From IMG/VR virus record IMGVR_UViG_3300025765_000001: a stretch of 64,000 nt of DNA, one strand, 5' to 3'. The translations under genes and the position numbers were made by a program. This DNA is from a virus. Its lineage: Duplodnaviria > Heunggongvirae > Uroviricota > Caudoviricetes. Positions 26,385 through 35,703 of the stretch are shown one piece after another. Within the stretch, counting starts at the first letter, position 1; the number at the start of each line of letters is the position of its first letter. The notes under the pieces were generated by a model that made no database searches, had not been told where the DNA came from, and saw only the letters and a program-made list of their open reading frames with translations.

Positions 26385-26414
26385 AAAACCCCACCGCTTG
26401 CGGTGGGGTTTTTT
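26385..26414 (+). terminator. Intrinsic terminator
   Basis: aaaaccccaccg/cggtggggtttttt. Confidence 0.8.
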
Positions 26415-26437
26415 GTTGGCCCTAGCTCTAATAGGGC

Positions 26438-26632
26438 ATGGACAAATTCTTCACTATCAAGTGCAGGTGCGGCTGGGTGAAACAGACCACCGGCCTGGAT
26501 GACGATCTCTCCTACAAGGGCATTCCGCTTCACGAATATCAGAAATGTTCTAATTGCGGCAAACCCAGATCGTTTCGTTGCCCGGTCTGCGGTACTATAT
26601 GCAAGATGTTGAGGATCAGAGGGAACGAATGA
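26438..26632 (+). CDS. Small zinc-ribbon protein
   Basis: CRCG, CSNC, CPVC motifs. Confidence 0.65.
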   Translation: MDKFFTIKCRCGWVKQTTGLDDDLSYKGIPLHEYQKCSNCGKPRSFRCPVCGTICKMLRIRGNE

Positions 26633-27828
26633 AACAAGCCAAAATAGGGGCGAAGTTGCTTGCACCCAAGTTCTTCAATCCAGGCAACTACACCGAGATG
26701 CAACCGGAGCCTGAGATCGAGGATTTGAAGTTCATCGTCCACAAATTTTCAAGTAGGAAGAAGCCGAGCAAGCCGCAGGACATTCACTACATCTCAAACT
26801 TTTCTGAGTTTGGGTGCGAGTCTGTCGGCGTGATGTACAACATACCCGTTGTATTAAATCAACCAGAGACCAAGGGAAAGTATTCTATAGCGGTCGGTTG
26901 GTATGGCCGAGAATATCTTTACCGCCATTTGGTTGATGAGTTCTGGGAGTTGGATCAAGAATTCATGTGGCTGAGGGACTACGCCAGAGCTTTCCACCAC
27001 GTCTCAAAGAACTTGAAGAGGTTAGAATCGACACTAAGGAACACAGGGCATCTAACTAGCTGCGAAAACCTTGGCCAAGTGGCAGTTGGGAATACTTGTG
27101 CCAAGTGCGGGTATAATTGGGGCCAAGCAGAGTACGCCGTGTCTTGTCCTAAATGCGGCGGTAAGGAGTTTTCGCACCGGTCTCTATTCAGTGATGTAAA
27201 AAACTGGAAGCCCAAAGCAGTTCGCTTGCCCAAGCCGTCCAAGAGAAAACTAGATGAGGTTGCCAAATACCTGAAGCCTAATTCGGCAGGCATCTTTGCT
27301 CGTGGTCGTAAAACCTATGGTAGAAACCTTCAGTCAGAATTCTATGTGAAACTCATCGATCTATTGGAGCGTAAGGGGTATAATCCGATTTGGCTTGGTG
27401 AAAAGCAATCTACTCTGGAATGCCCGGTCGATCATATCACAGACTTTTCTAGGATGTCGGAAGCCAGAGACCTAGAGCTAACACTAGCCATCATTTGCCA
27501 ACTCAAGTTCACGGTTCAATTCTGGACTGCTTCTACTAGGTTTGCGGGCATGATGGGTATTCCTTATCTTCTCTTTGAAAGCCCAGATCAGATATGGGGC
27601 AATGGGCAAGAGGGTTTTCGACGCAATCTTTGTGACTTTGGGCCACGCAAGCTAGTTGCGGCACACTTCCTGAATGTGTATAACGATAACGAACGTGGTT
27701 TAAGCGTCGTTGGACGATGCATAGAGGAAATGGAGGCCGAGAACTGGAATGACGTAGTTGATATGGTCGAAAGCAGTGCGGTCGTTCAGGGCATGAGAAT
27801 GTCTAATGAGAACAGAATAGGGGGATAA
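26629..27828 (+). CDS. GT9-like (heptosyltransferase-fold) protein with Zn-ribbon insert
   Basis: SEFGCE, YNPIWLGE, LELTLAII..LKFTV..WTASTRFAGMMGIPYL. Confidence 0.6.
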   Translation: MKQAKIGAKLLAPKFFNPGNYTEMQPEPEIEDLKFIVHKFSSRKKPSKPQDIHYISNFSEFGCESVGVMYNIPVVLNQPETKGKYSIAVGWYGREYLYRHLVDEFWELDQEFMWLRDYARAFHHVSKNLKRLESTLRNTGHLTSCENLGQVAVGNTCAKCGYNWGQAEYAVSCPKCGGKEFSHRSLFSDVKNWKPKAVRLPKPSKRKLDEVAKYLKPNSAGIFARGRKTYGRNLQSEFYVKLIDLLERKGYNPIWLGEKQSTLECPVDHITDFSRMSEARDLELTLAIICQLKFTVQFWTASTRFAGMMGIPYLLFESPDQIWGNGQEGFRRNLCDFGPRKLVAAHFLNVYNDNERGLSVVGRCIEEMEAENWNDVVDMVESSAVVQGMRMSNENRIGG

Positions 27829-28968
27829 ATGGAAACCGTTGCCATACTTAGAAAGGCAGCCGATGCTTGCGGCTTCCGTCGTTCCAAGTTCGTAGAAAAA
27901 GACATACCCACTAATCCAGACAATATCTCGGCCATGCTTACGTTGGGCGATATTCGATCTACCTTCGTTCTATCTTCGTTACTACTCAGAAGGTATAGGG
28001 AGGAAGTCAAAGGGTCCAAGTATTTTATCGTGTGTTCTTGGCCTGGATATGCCGGGTTGTTTCCATTTGCCAGCGAGTTTTGGGAGATTAGGGATAACAC
28101 AGCCCTCCAAAGAATATATGCGGCTACAAGCAACTTTGAGAACACGTCGTCGGAGTACGACATCTACAAACGGGCATTGAACTGGCACCTTGCTGACGTG
28201 AATGACTTCGAGAACCTGAAGCCCTACTATTCCAACGGGCTGACTAAAGAATTCACCGAAAGATTTCGACATGTTAAAGTATCGTTTCCCTCGGTTCCTT
28301 CTGGGGCTATCCTCGGAACCGATTTTGTGAGACAGTTAAACAGGTTGTCGGGCGAGAAGGTCTTTATCTACCCTTGCCTGTATTTTAATTACTGGCTCAA
28401 TGGAAGGCTATATAAAGAAAAGACACCGAAAGGATTCTGGGTGGAGTGTTGCAACAGCTTGATTAAGGGCGGCTTCAGGCCCGTCGTCTACCAGAACTGG
28501 CTCGCACACGATATCTCGCCGGATTTGGCAAACGAGTGCGTGTTTGTGACCGACGAAAACCTATCTTCGGTCCTGGGTGCCATGCGGCTATGTAGTTGTG
28601 TAGTTGATTTCTATTCCGGTATTTCAAGATTTTCTATAGCTGCCAGGACTCCTTTCATTGCATTTGACGAGCGACTTAGGTATTCTAGTTGCAAAGAGTA
28701 CGAGGTTGATGACCTCTGTGGAAAGGGCATACCCAACAGGTATATTTTTACCTTTCCCACTATAATAAAGGATGGCAATCCGTTTCTGTGGAAGGCCAAC
28801 TACTATGACTTGCTGGTAGCCAAGTTGAATTCATTCTTGCCGGAAGTAGATCGTGATCTGTTGCCGAGTACCTCAGAATTAGCGGAAATAGTTCCCTATG
28901 ACAATGTTCGCAAAATCAAAAATAAGCGACTAGGTACGAGATTTGTGAAAGTCCCAAAGGAGATATGA
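27829..28968 (+). CDS. Second GT9-like protein
   Basis: LGDIRSTF..SSLL, VFIYP, LGAMRLCSCVVDFYSGISRFSIAARTPFI. Confidence 0.6.
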   Translation: METVAILRKAADACGFRRSKFVEKDIPTNPDNISAMLTLGDIRSTFVLSSLLLRRYREEVKGSKYFIVCSWPGYAGLFPFASEFWEIRDNTALQRIYAATSNFENTSSEYDIYKRALNWHLADVNDFENLKPYYSNGLTKEFTERFRHVKVSFPSVPSGAILGTDFVRQLNRLSGEKVFIYPCLYFNYWLNGRLYKEKTPKGFWVECCNSLIKGGFRPVVYQNWLAHDISPDLANECVFVTDENLSSVLGAMRLCSCVVDFYSGISRFSIAARTPFIAFDERLRYSSCKEYEVDDLCGKGIPNRYIFTFPTIIKDGNPFLWKANYYDLLVAKLNSFLPEVDRDLLPSTSELAEIVPYDNVRKIKNKRLGTRFVKVPKEI

Positions 28969-28969
28969 G

Positions 28970-29221
28970 ATGTCATGCAAAGTTGAAAACAGGCTGGCCA
29001 ACCCGCACGCCTCGTATGACGAAAGAGAGAAGGCGTTCAAGACCATGTTGGCTATCTTTAAGAAGAGGGTCAGTGAAGCAGGTATCATCTCAGAGTACAA
29101 ACAGCGGCAGTCTTACGAAAGTAAGGGCGAGAAAGCCAGACGCAAGAAGAAAGAATCAGCTTTGGCTCGACAACGGGGAGTAGATGGGAAGAAGGTAAGG
29201 GAATACTTTGGAAGAGACTAG
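28970..29221 (+). CDS. rpsU: Ribosomal protein bS21 homolog
   Basis: FKTMLAIFKKRVSEAGIISEYKQRQSYESKGEKARRKK. Confidence 0.85.
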   Translation: MSCKVENRLANPHASYDEREKAFKTMLAIFKKRVSEAGIISEYKQRQSYESKGEKARRKKKESALARQRGVDGKKVREYFGRD

Positions 29222-29228
29222 GTGTGAT

Positions 29229-29501
29229 ATGGCAGTAAAAAAAGAAGGCAACGTGGTCATCATCAGTGCGTCTGTGCGACCCAAGATCAAGCAGATTCTA
29301 GATGAGGCTAAATTGAAGACAGGGAAATCAAAGTCGGTTATCATCAGTGACTTGGTAAACAAGTACCTGGATTTGGTCGTCAATGATGGCGATGAAGTGC
29401 CGGTGATACTACGCATACCTGCCTTGCTCAAGGGAAAACCAGACGAGCTACGGGATTGGCTAGAAGCTAGAAGCGAAGCCGTCATCAAGGCTCTATCTTG
29501 A
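29229..29501 (+). CDS. Ribbon-helix-helix-like DNA-binding protein
   Basis: ISASVRPKIKQILDEAKLKTGKSKSVIISDLVNKYL. Confidence 0.6.
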   Translation: MAVKKEGNVVIISASVRPKIKQILDEAKLKTGKSKSVIISDLVNKYLDLVVNDGDEVPVILRIPALLKGKPDELRDWLEARSEAVIKALS

Positions 29502-30019
29502 TTTGTACCGTTGATTTTGATAAACTTGATTCAATGAAGATCGTCAAGTCAGAAGAAATCCCGACCAAGGATTCTATAGTTTCCGTTCCGACCGACCCTC
29601 TGATGAAAGTCTACCAGACGTGTCAGGCGATGGAAATCATCTGTGAGCGGAATGGCGGCATTGGGCTGTCGGCTGTCCAGGTCGGAATTCCTTGGAAGCT
29701 CTTCATAGCCAAGCATGGCGACAAATACAAATACCTCATTGATTGCGAGTACGAGCCAGTTGGCACAGTTAGATCGACTTCTATAGAGGGATGCTTGTCC
29801 TTGCGTGACAGCTTCGGCACGCTACGACATTTCGTAGTGGAGAGGTTTGATAAGGTGAAGGTCAAGGGCAAGGAATTGCTGTATGAGAAAGACCTTGAGT
29901 TGGTGGATATGGATGTCGAACTCGGTGGTCTAGATGGTATACTGTACCAACACGAAATCGATCATCATCGTGGAATCTTGATTTCTGACTTCGGACACGA
30001 GATAGTGGTGTACAAGTAA
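29498..30019 (+). CDS. def: Peptide deformylase
   Basis: GIGLSAVQVG, EGCLS, QHEIDH. Confidence 0.95.
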   Translation: MICTVDFDKLDSMKIVKSEEIPTKDSIVSVPTDPLMKVYQTCQAMEIICERNGGIGLSAVQVGIPWKLFIAKHGDKYKYLIDCEYEPVGTVRSTSIEGCLSLRDSFGTLRHFVVERFDKVKVKGKELLYEKDLELVDMDVELGGLDGILYQHEIDHHRGILISDFGHEIVVYK

Positions 30020-30303
30020 TGCTTTCAAAACTTCAATTGCTCAATGTCTGTTTGCTGTACTCAGGAGACCACAAAAAGTGCCGGTATCTGTCGCAGGATC
30101 ACCAGGACTATAATAAGTGGTACTGCATCAAGCACAAGCCCGCCGAGAAGGATAAGGTGGATCAAACTATCCAAGATTTCATTAGTGACTGCAAAAAGAA
30201 GGGCCTCGACCCGTATTCTCAGGGTGTGGCCCTCGGTGATAACTGTGCCGGGTATCCAGTCCTTCGCTACATCGAGCAGGGATATGACAAGGACAAGAAC
30301 TGA
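30019..30303 (+). CDS. Cys-rich hypothetical protein
   Basis: TAATG coupling, four Cys. Confidence 0.65.
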   Translation: MLSKLQLLNVCLLYSGDHKKCRYLSQDHQDYNKWYCIKHKPAEKDKVDQTIQDFISDCKKKGLDPYSQGVALGDNCAGYPVLRYIEQGYDKDKN

Positions 30304-30380
30304 TGGACTGGTTGATCCTCTTCAACCTGTTTTTCGCAATATACAATTTCGTTTTCTGGGGTATATTTAGGAATAAGCTA

Positions 30381-30920
30381 TCACTCGTCTGCGGCCTGCT
30401 CTCGCTGACGGTAACACTTGTACTGATTCTGGCTCTTTACCATTAGGTGGTAAACCTGATCCTCGACATTCGAGTTCATGGCAGCCATAAACACGTTGTC
30501 GTTCAGGTCCACGTCGTTGTAGTTCGCTATTTGTTGAGCCATGATTTCCGCCGTCTTGGTTTGTTTGAGAGCTTGGGAGCGGTAGTATAAGACGAGTAAC
30601 ATGCCGATTACGATAGTAGCAAAAACGGCTACCAGGGCACCGTCGCCTTGTAGAATCTGAACGCCGCTGTTTTGATTGTTTTTGTTGTAGTTGATGAGGC
30701 CGTTTTGCAAGTTCTGAATATCCCTTGCATTGATGTCGTTTTGTTGACGTAGATTAAGCAAGTCCAACATGAGGCCGTTTTGGTTGTTCTTGATGTCATC
30801 TATCTTGCCATTTTGGTTTTGCAATTCTTGCTTCAGTTCTGGGCTTAGTGGACTGAACCTTCCACACCCGCTCAGTGTCAATGTTGTGAGTATTGCGAAT
30901 ATAGTTAAAATCCTTTTCAT
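30381..30920 (-). CDS. Lipoprotein with coiled coil and internal TM helix
   Basis: RBS ggagg, signal peptide MKRILTIFAILTTLTLSG-C lipobox. Confidence 0.75.
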   Translation of the reverse strand: MKRILTIFAILTTLTLSGCGRFSPLSPELKQELQNQNGKIDDIKNNQNGLMLDLLNLRQQNDINARDIQNLQNGLINYNKNNQNSGVQILQGDGALVAVFATIVIGMLLVLYYRSQALKQTKTAEIMAQQIANYNDVDLNDNVFMAAMNSNVEDQVYHLMVKSQNQYKCYRQREQAADE

Positions 30921-30959
30921 TCGAGCCTCCGACTTGCTAGAGTTTTCTAAAAGTATGTA

Positions 30960-30988
30960 TTGCCAGACCCGGCGAATTTCGGTAGAAT
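30960..30988 (+). promoter_or_regulatory. Sigma70-type promoter
   Basis: TTGCCA-17 nt-TAGAAT. Confidence 0.6.
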
Positions 30989-31050
30989 GAGTCGTTCTCT
31001 CGTCGGGTATGTTGTGAGGGAACTTCCTCCAAGACTGAGGAGCAAAGTGT

Positions 31051-31521
31051 ATGACTAAATTCCTCGTTAGGAGTGACGAAGAGATCGACATGGAGGACGG
31101 CTGCCAACTGGAAGAGCCGCCAGCAGAACAAGAGGAGACCTGTCCAGAGATTCTCGATGAGACTTTCTTCGGGGATTTCCTTCTCGATATCCAAGCCACG
31201 ATTCGAGACCTGATCGACCGGTTCTTCGTAGGACGAGAGATGTACTGTGGCGGCGAGATTCCGAAGTCGGTTCTACATGCCGATGAGTACGTGTCGCTGG
31301 TCCTGAACACAGATGTCATCAACGGCATGGATATCGTGTATGATGCGATTGCCCGCTCCGGGCAGTATCAAACCGAATTCGAGCATGGCGTCTCCGATGA
31401 CGTGAAACACGTCATCGACCTGATTCACGAGATCAAAGGCTTCGGCGTGCCCAAGCCTTTCATCACTGGCATCCTTCTCATGTACCTAGAGCTTTGCGAA
31501 GGAATGAGTGTAACTGAGTGA
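31051..31521 (+). CDS. Acidic hypothetical protein
   Basis: RBS gaggag; ORF. Confidence 0.7.
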   Translation: MTKFLVRSDEEIDMEDGCQLEEPPAEQEETCPEILDETFFGDFLLDIQATIRDLIDRFFVGREMYCGGEIPKSVLHADEYVSLVLNTDVINGMDIVYDAIARSGQYQTEFEHGVSDDVKHVIDLIHEIKGFGVPKPFITGILLMYLELCEGMSVTE

Positions 31522-31823
31522 GTGCCAGCGATCAGGATATAGCCCTTGTGTCTGGGAGCTTCTTCGAGAAGGGCGTTCCCAAGAACAAGCGGTATTTACT
31601 AAAATACTTTGACAGTGAAGTGGCTGCGGTTTTTGTAAGTTACTTTTTGATTTTCCGAAGCCACACGCACTTTGTAGACCACACAGGATTCAGGGTCGGC
31701 AAGCGTTGGCTGCGGAAGTCTCAAGAACGCATAGATAGGCTGGAGAATGCATATGGCAAAGCGAGGAGTGCCGGTGACTTTAGTGCTGTGGCCGAGATTG
31801 AATCTGGGAGATACAATCTATGA
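31518..31823 (+). CDS. Hypothetical protein
   Basis: GTGA/ATGA coupling on both sides. Confidence 0.65.
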   Translation: MSASDQDIALVSGSFFEKGVPKNKRYLLKYFDSEVAAVFVSYFLIFRSHTHFVDHTGFRVGKRWLRKSQERIDRLENAYGKARSAGDFSAVAEIESGRYNL

Positions 31824-32944
31824 GCCTTTGGAGAATCTGGAGAGACGGCTTCCTGCCGTTCCATGACCCTGCCTGCCAACTACATGAAGACCTCCCTGCC
31901 TCTCAACAGGTCGAGAAACTAGCTGCCGATCTACCAGCATTGGTTGCTGAGGGCACCATTCGACAAGAGCTAGTATCACGTCTCTCCTCGATCTCCGAAC
32001 TCGAATTTTTCACTTTCTTTGACTGCCTGCCAGGTTTGCAGGGGTACGCCGAGAGAGCCATGATGCTCTTTTCGTACTTCGCTAGTTCCTATATCCACGC
32101 TCCAGGCCAACCAACTGCTACGATTCTCCCCAAGGAAATAAGTTTACCATTGGTGAGGCTGTCCGAGATCGTCGGACGCCCACCGATTCTCTCTTATGCT
32201 TCCTATTGTCTTTTTAATTGGGAGCGGTTGGAATACGACAAGCCCATTGAACTAGGCAACATCAAACTCCTTCAGAACTTTACATTGGATGAAGGACGAC
32301 GTGATGAAAATTGGTTTGTCTTGGTACATGTAGATATCGAGGCTAAGGCAGGTCCAGGGATTGCAGCTATCTCGTACATGATGGACAAGTGGCGTGGCTG
32401 TCCTTTGGACGACCCTCTGGCCGAAGTGTATTCCAGTCTCGACGCCATGTACAAAACCCTTTGCCGGATGCCAGAGGAGTGTAGTCCCGATGTTTATTTT
32501 AGCAGAGTTCGGCCCTACATCTTCAGTTACGAGAATATGGTCTATGAAGGGTGGAGGCCAGAACCACTGACTTATCGAGGCGAGACCGGTGCCCAGAGTT
32601 CCGTAATCCCAGCATTTCAGATTGCCCTGGGGGTTCAGCACAAGAATAGTATGCTTACGGAGCATTTAAGGGACATGCGGAAATACATGCCTCCAGAGCA
32701 TCGAAGATGGCTCGCTAATCTAGAAAATCTGGGAACCGATTTTAGGCAATATGCTATTAAGTTCGGGGAAAAGGAATTGTATAATAAGTGCCTTGGACGG
32801 TTGATCGATTTCAGGAAGAAACACTTGGAGTACGCTATAGAGTACATCCAGAAGAAAGTCGATAATCCAACTGGTACTGGCGGGACGCCCTACATTAGAT
32901 GGCTCTCTCAGCTAGTTCAAGAGACTGAGGAGTTCTATCTATGA
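31820..32944 (+). CDS. Indoleamine 2,3-dioxygenase family heme protein
   Basis: RPPILSYASYCLFNW, DENWFVLVHVDIE, RGETGAQSS, MRKYMPPEHR, heme His in RKKHL, GTGGT. Confidence 0.92.
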   Translation: MSLWRIWRDGFLPFHDPACQLHEDLPASQQVEKLAADLPALVAEGTIRQELVSRLSSISELEFFTFFDCLPGLQGYAERAMMLFSYFASSYIHAPGQPTATILPKEISLPLVRLSEIVGRPPILSYASYCLFNWERLEYDKPIELGNIKLLQNFTLDEGRRDENWFVLVHVDIEAKAGPGIAAISYMMDKWRGCPLDDPLAEVYSSLDAMYKTLCRMPEECSPDVYFSRVRPYIFSYENMVYEGWRPEPLTYRGETGAQSSVIPAFQIALGVQHKNSMLTEHLRDMRKYMPPEHRRWLANLENLGTDFRQYAIKFGEKELYNKCLGRLIDFRKKHLEYAIEYIQKKVDNPTGTGGTPYIRWLSQLVQETEEFYL

Positions 32945-33174
32945 ATCGCTTCCTGACCTTGGCGACCCTAGACCGCCTTCGAGTTCTAGAAGGTCGTCTA
33001 ACTGAATCCAAAGCAAAAACACAATTGTTGGAACTCAAGTTAGACGATCCCGATCTCTCCACAGACGACGTTTTTAACATATCTTCTAGTCTTGAAATTA
33101 TTGAGGCAGATATGATAGACTGTCTCAATAATGTCCTGCTTGTAGAGCAGGAAGTCGGCCAAATTCTTTGCTAA
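32941..33174 (+). CDS. Small coiled-coil hypothetical protein
   Basis: Coupled ORF. Confidence 0.55.
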   Translation: MNRFLTLATLDRLRVLEGRLTESKAKTQLLELKLDDPDLSTDDVFNISSSLEIIEADMIDCLNNVLLVEQEVGQILC

Positions 33175-33192
33175 CTTCAGATATATACATCC

Positions 33193-33454
33193 ATGATGAA
33201 ATTCATGGATTGGTTTGTTGCTAGAGAAAGCACAGCCAGGAAGAGAGCGAAGGAAAACTTCTGCAAGTTTGCTGACAAGGATGCTCCTTGGCCGGGCGGA
33301 AATCCGCACGATGGGAACACCGGTAGTCAGGATTTGGTCGATAAGTTCAAAAAAGCTGAACGCAAGACCAAGAAGAAAAACCGGTAGTCAGGATTTGGTC
33401 GATAAGTTCAAAAAAGCTGAACGCAAGACCAAGAAGAAAAAATGCGACGACTAA
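33193..33454 (+). CDS. Small basic protein (MMKFMDWF...) disrupted by a 61-bp duplication
   Basis: ATATATA 5 nt upstream of the ATG; removing one repeat restores a single frame ending KKKKCDD*. Confidence 0.55.
33320..33441. repeat. Exact 61-bp tandem duplication
   Basis: ccggtagtcaggatttggtcgataagttcaaaaaagctgaacgcaagaccaagaagaaaaa at 33320-33380 and 33381-33441. Confidence 0.97.
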
Positions 33455-33807
33455 CCGTACTTGTTTGGGTTGGCTTTTTCATGTTCATCGTGGTCTTAGT
33501 GGCGGCGATAGACATGTATTGGTCCATCAAGGTAGGCCCAGCCTTGCAGCAAACCGAGGAAAATCCTGTAGGCAGGCTCCTCATCAAAATCGACGGCGGC
33601 TCTTCAGCCCTGTTTATGTCAGTGAAGATGGTGGGAACTCTATTAGTGGTTCTCGCTATAATTTGGCTCTGCAATTATAGGCGGTGGTGGGCCTTTACCG
33701 TGTCACTGGTCCTGGCGGTGATGCAGGTGTCTTTGCTACTGTACCTGTACGGTGTCATTCCAGATATCCCGTCATTGCTGAGATCGTCAGCTACACTAAG
33801 GAGATGA
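33442..33807 (+). CDS. Membrane protein, DUF5658-like
   Basis: AIDMYWS, EENPVGR, FMSVK, three TM helices. Confidence 0.7.
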   Translation: MRRLTVLVWVGFFMFIVVLVAAIDMYWSIKVGPALQQTEENPVGRLLIKIDGGSSALFMSVKMVGTLLVVLAIIWLCNYRRWWAFTVSLVLAVMQVSLLLYLYGVIPDIPSLLRSSATLRR

Positions 33808-33808
33808 T

Positions 33809-34246
33809 ATGACTAAAGAGATAGAAGAATCTGAAGTCATAGCGGATGCCCAAGGCAATGACGATTTCCGCCATCAGCTACGGCTGCAAATTACTTCCGA
33901 CGCCACATACGTAGTAATGCTATCAGTCAGCGACCGTGATGATGAGAATGTCATAAGGAAGTTGACTGCAAAGAGGGGCGTTCCATTGGTGCCCTATGCG
34001 TACAATCAGGTCAGCGAGCATTACAACGTGCGATGTGTTGACTACATGCCTTTAGGGGCCGTCCCGGTCGGCTTTCAGTTGACGCTTCCTGGCGTGTCGT
34101 TTTGGAAGGTCCGAGTGCCAATGCCAGAGGACGTGTTGGAGCGGTTTCTGACCCACGAGCAGAAGCAGGAGGCAGAGGGATTCAAGAACGCTGCTAGGGA
34201 AGCCAACCTGAAGGTAGAATACCTCCAGATGGTAAGTTGTTTCTGA
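33809..34246 (+). CDS. Hypothetical protein
   Basis: RBS aaggag. Confidence 0.7.
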   Translation: MTKEIEESEVIADAQGNDDFRHQLRLQITSDATYVVMLSVSDRDDENVIRKLTAKRGVPLVPYAYNQVSEHYNVRCVDYMPLGAVPVGFQLTLPGVSFWKVRVPMPEDVLERFLTHEQKQEAEGFKNAAREANLKVEYLQMVSCF

Positions 34247-34779
34247 TGCTAAAGTTTATCTATGTCGGAGATCATGGGTCTAACCGAGATAAGTTCATTC
34301 AGAAGGTAAACAAACAAGCCGGAAAGGGCAATTGGTTCTTCGCCTTCCGAGCCGGGAAGAAACTGTATTCTTGGAATTGGGGTATGCAACTCTATGAGGA
34401 TGCATACCTTTCTTTTTTAGGCAAGGATATCAACCTTGTCAAAAAGCTAGTTTCTGCTTGCGATGTCTGCGAAATCAATAACAAAGACCTTGATGCCTAT
34501 CTTGACTACAAAAAGCAGAAACACGACAGAGATCATTATCAGGACATAGCGATTCGCCGATGTCTAGTTCGGTTGGGCGTCTGGTTCAAAGGAACCGACC
34601 TTTTAAGTGTACCGGGCACCGAGTTCGACCATTCCAAGATACCATTTCACTTGCCACATTTATTGCGGAAGCCAGATTCTTTGAAATCTATTAAGTCATG
34701 GCTAGATGGGAATCACTTGTTAGTGATTGCCTCATCTAGCGAAGACAAGGCAGAGCTTGCAGGAATCATGGTAAACTGA
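34246..34779 (+). CDS. Hypothetical protein
   Basis: TGATG coupling. Confidence 0.65.
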   Translation: MLKFIYVGDHGSNRDKFIQKVNKQAGKGNWFFAFRAGKKLYSWNWGMQLYEDAYLSFLGKDINLVKKLVSACDVCEINNKDLDAYLDYKKQKHDRDHYQDIAIRRCLVRLGVWFKGTDLLSVPGTEFDHSKIPFHLPHLLRKPDSLKSIKSWLDGNHLLVIASSSEDKAELAGIMVN

Positions 34780-34803
34780 TACCATCCTGTCAGGAGATTA
34801 CAA

Positions 34804-35325
34804 ATGAGTAAGAGAAAACCCAGAGACGTTCCAAGCCGAGATGACTACTACATGGGTCTAGCTTTTTGGATTGCCTCCAAATCGAAAGACCCAGACACCC
34901 AGGTGGGTGGCTTGATCGTGAGTGCGGCAAATCGGCCCCTTGGTTGGGGCTATAACGGACCCCCACAGCAGATCAGGGACGAGGATATAGATTGGTCTCG
35001 TCCAGAGAAATACGATTGGGTTGAACACGCCGAAGAGAATGCCATCGATCACTCCAGAGGCATGGACCTTACTGGTTCTACGCTGTATGTGATCGCCTCG
35101 CCGTGCAAGAATTGTATGCGAAAGATCGTTAAGGCTGGGATCAGGCGAGTGGTTTACTTCCCCATCAAGCCCTCCGAAGGGTCTTCTATCAACCAAACCC
35201 AAATAAGCAAGTCCGAGGAGATTGCACATGCCGGGCACGTCCAGTTGGAGCGATTCAAAGGCAACCTTAACTGGATGCGAGATCGCATGAAGTGGATGGA
35301 GAGTGTGGGGGTGTTCAATGTATAG
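34804..35325 (+). CDS. dCMP deaminase
   Basis: SKDPDTQVG, HAEENAI, PCKNC. Confidence 0.93.
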   Translation: MSKRKPRDVPSRDDYYMGLAFWIASKSKDPDTQVGGLIVSAANRPLGWGYNGPPQQIRDEDIDWSRPEKYDWVEHAEENAIDHSRGMDLTGSTLYVIASPCKNCMRKIVKAGIRRVVYFPIKPSEGSSINQTQISKSEEIAHAGHVQLERFKGNLNWMRDRMKWMESVGVFNV

Positions 35326-35695
35326 TCTTGTTTTACTCAAGCCAGATGCGGTCGAAAACACGATGGTCGGCGATCTGATAGGACGTTTCGAGCGACACTT
35401 CTCAATCGCCGGTCTCAAGTGGGTCAAAATGAATACGGACTTGTGCAAGAAGCACTATCGGGAGCATGTAGGAAAAGATTTCTACCCAGGTCTGGAAAAG
35501 TTTATGACTAGTGGTCCGACCGTGGCGTTGGCGATGGAAGGCGACGTTTCCCTGGTTAGACGCTTAGGAATGATGTTGCGGATCGAGTTTAACCCAGACT
35601 ACGCTGGTGGTCCACGGAATCTAATCCACGCCTCTGATGGTCCTGAATCTGCGGCTCGTGAGATAGCCTTGTGGTTTCCTGAACTGGTCTCCTAA
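35318..35695 (+). CDS. ndk: Nucleoside diphosphate kinase
   Basis: LKPDAV, HYREH, FMTSGP, RNLIHASD, REIALWF. Confidence 0.95.
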   Translation: MYSLVLLKPDAVENTMVGDLIGRFERHFSIAGLKWVKMNTDLCKKHYREHVGKDFYPGLEKFMTSGPTVALAMEGDVSLVRRLGMMLRIEFNPDYAGGPRNLIHASDGPESAAREIALWFPELVS

Positions 35696-35703
35696 ATACA
35701 GGT

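Noticed and set aside
30921-31328. 5' extension of the 315-aa minus-strand ORF 30381-31328
   Set aside because: Overlaps a promoter and a + strand gene; the real start is ATG 30920 with RBS and lipoprotein signal
33320-33441. Mini-CRISPR or att site
   Set aside because: Directly abutting copies with no spacer, inside coding sequence
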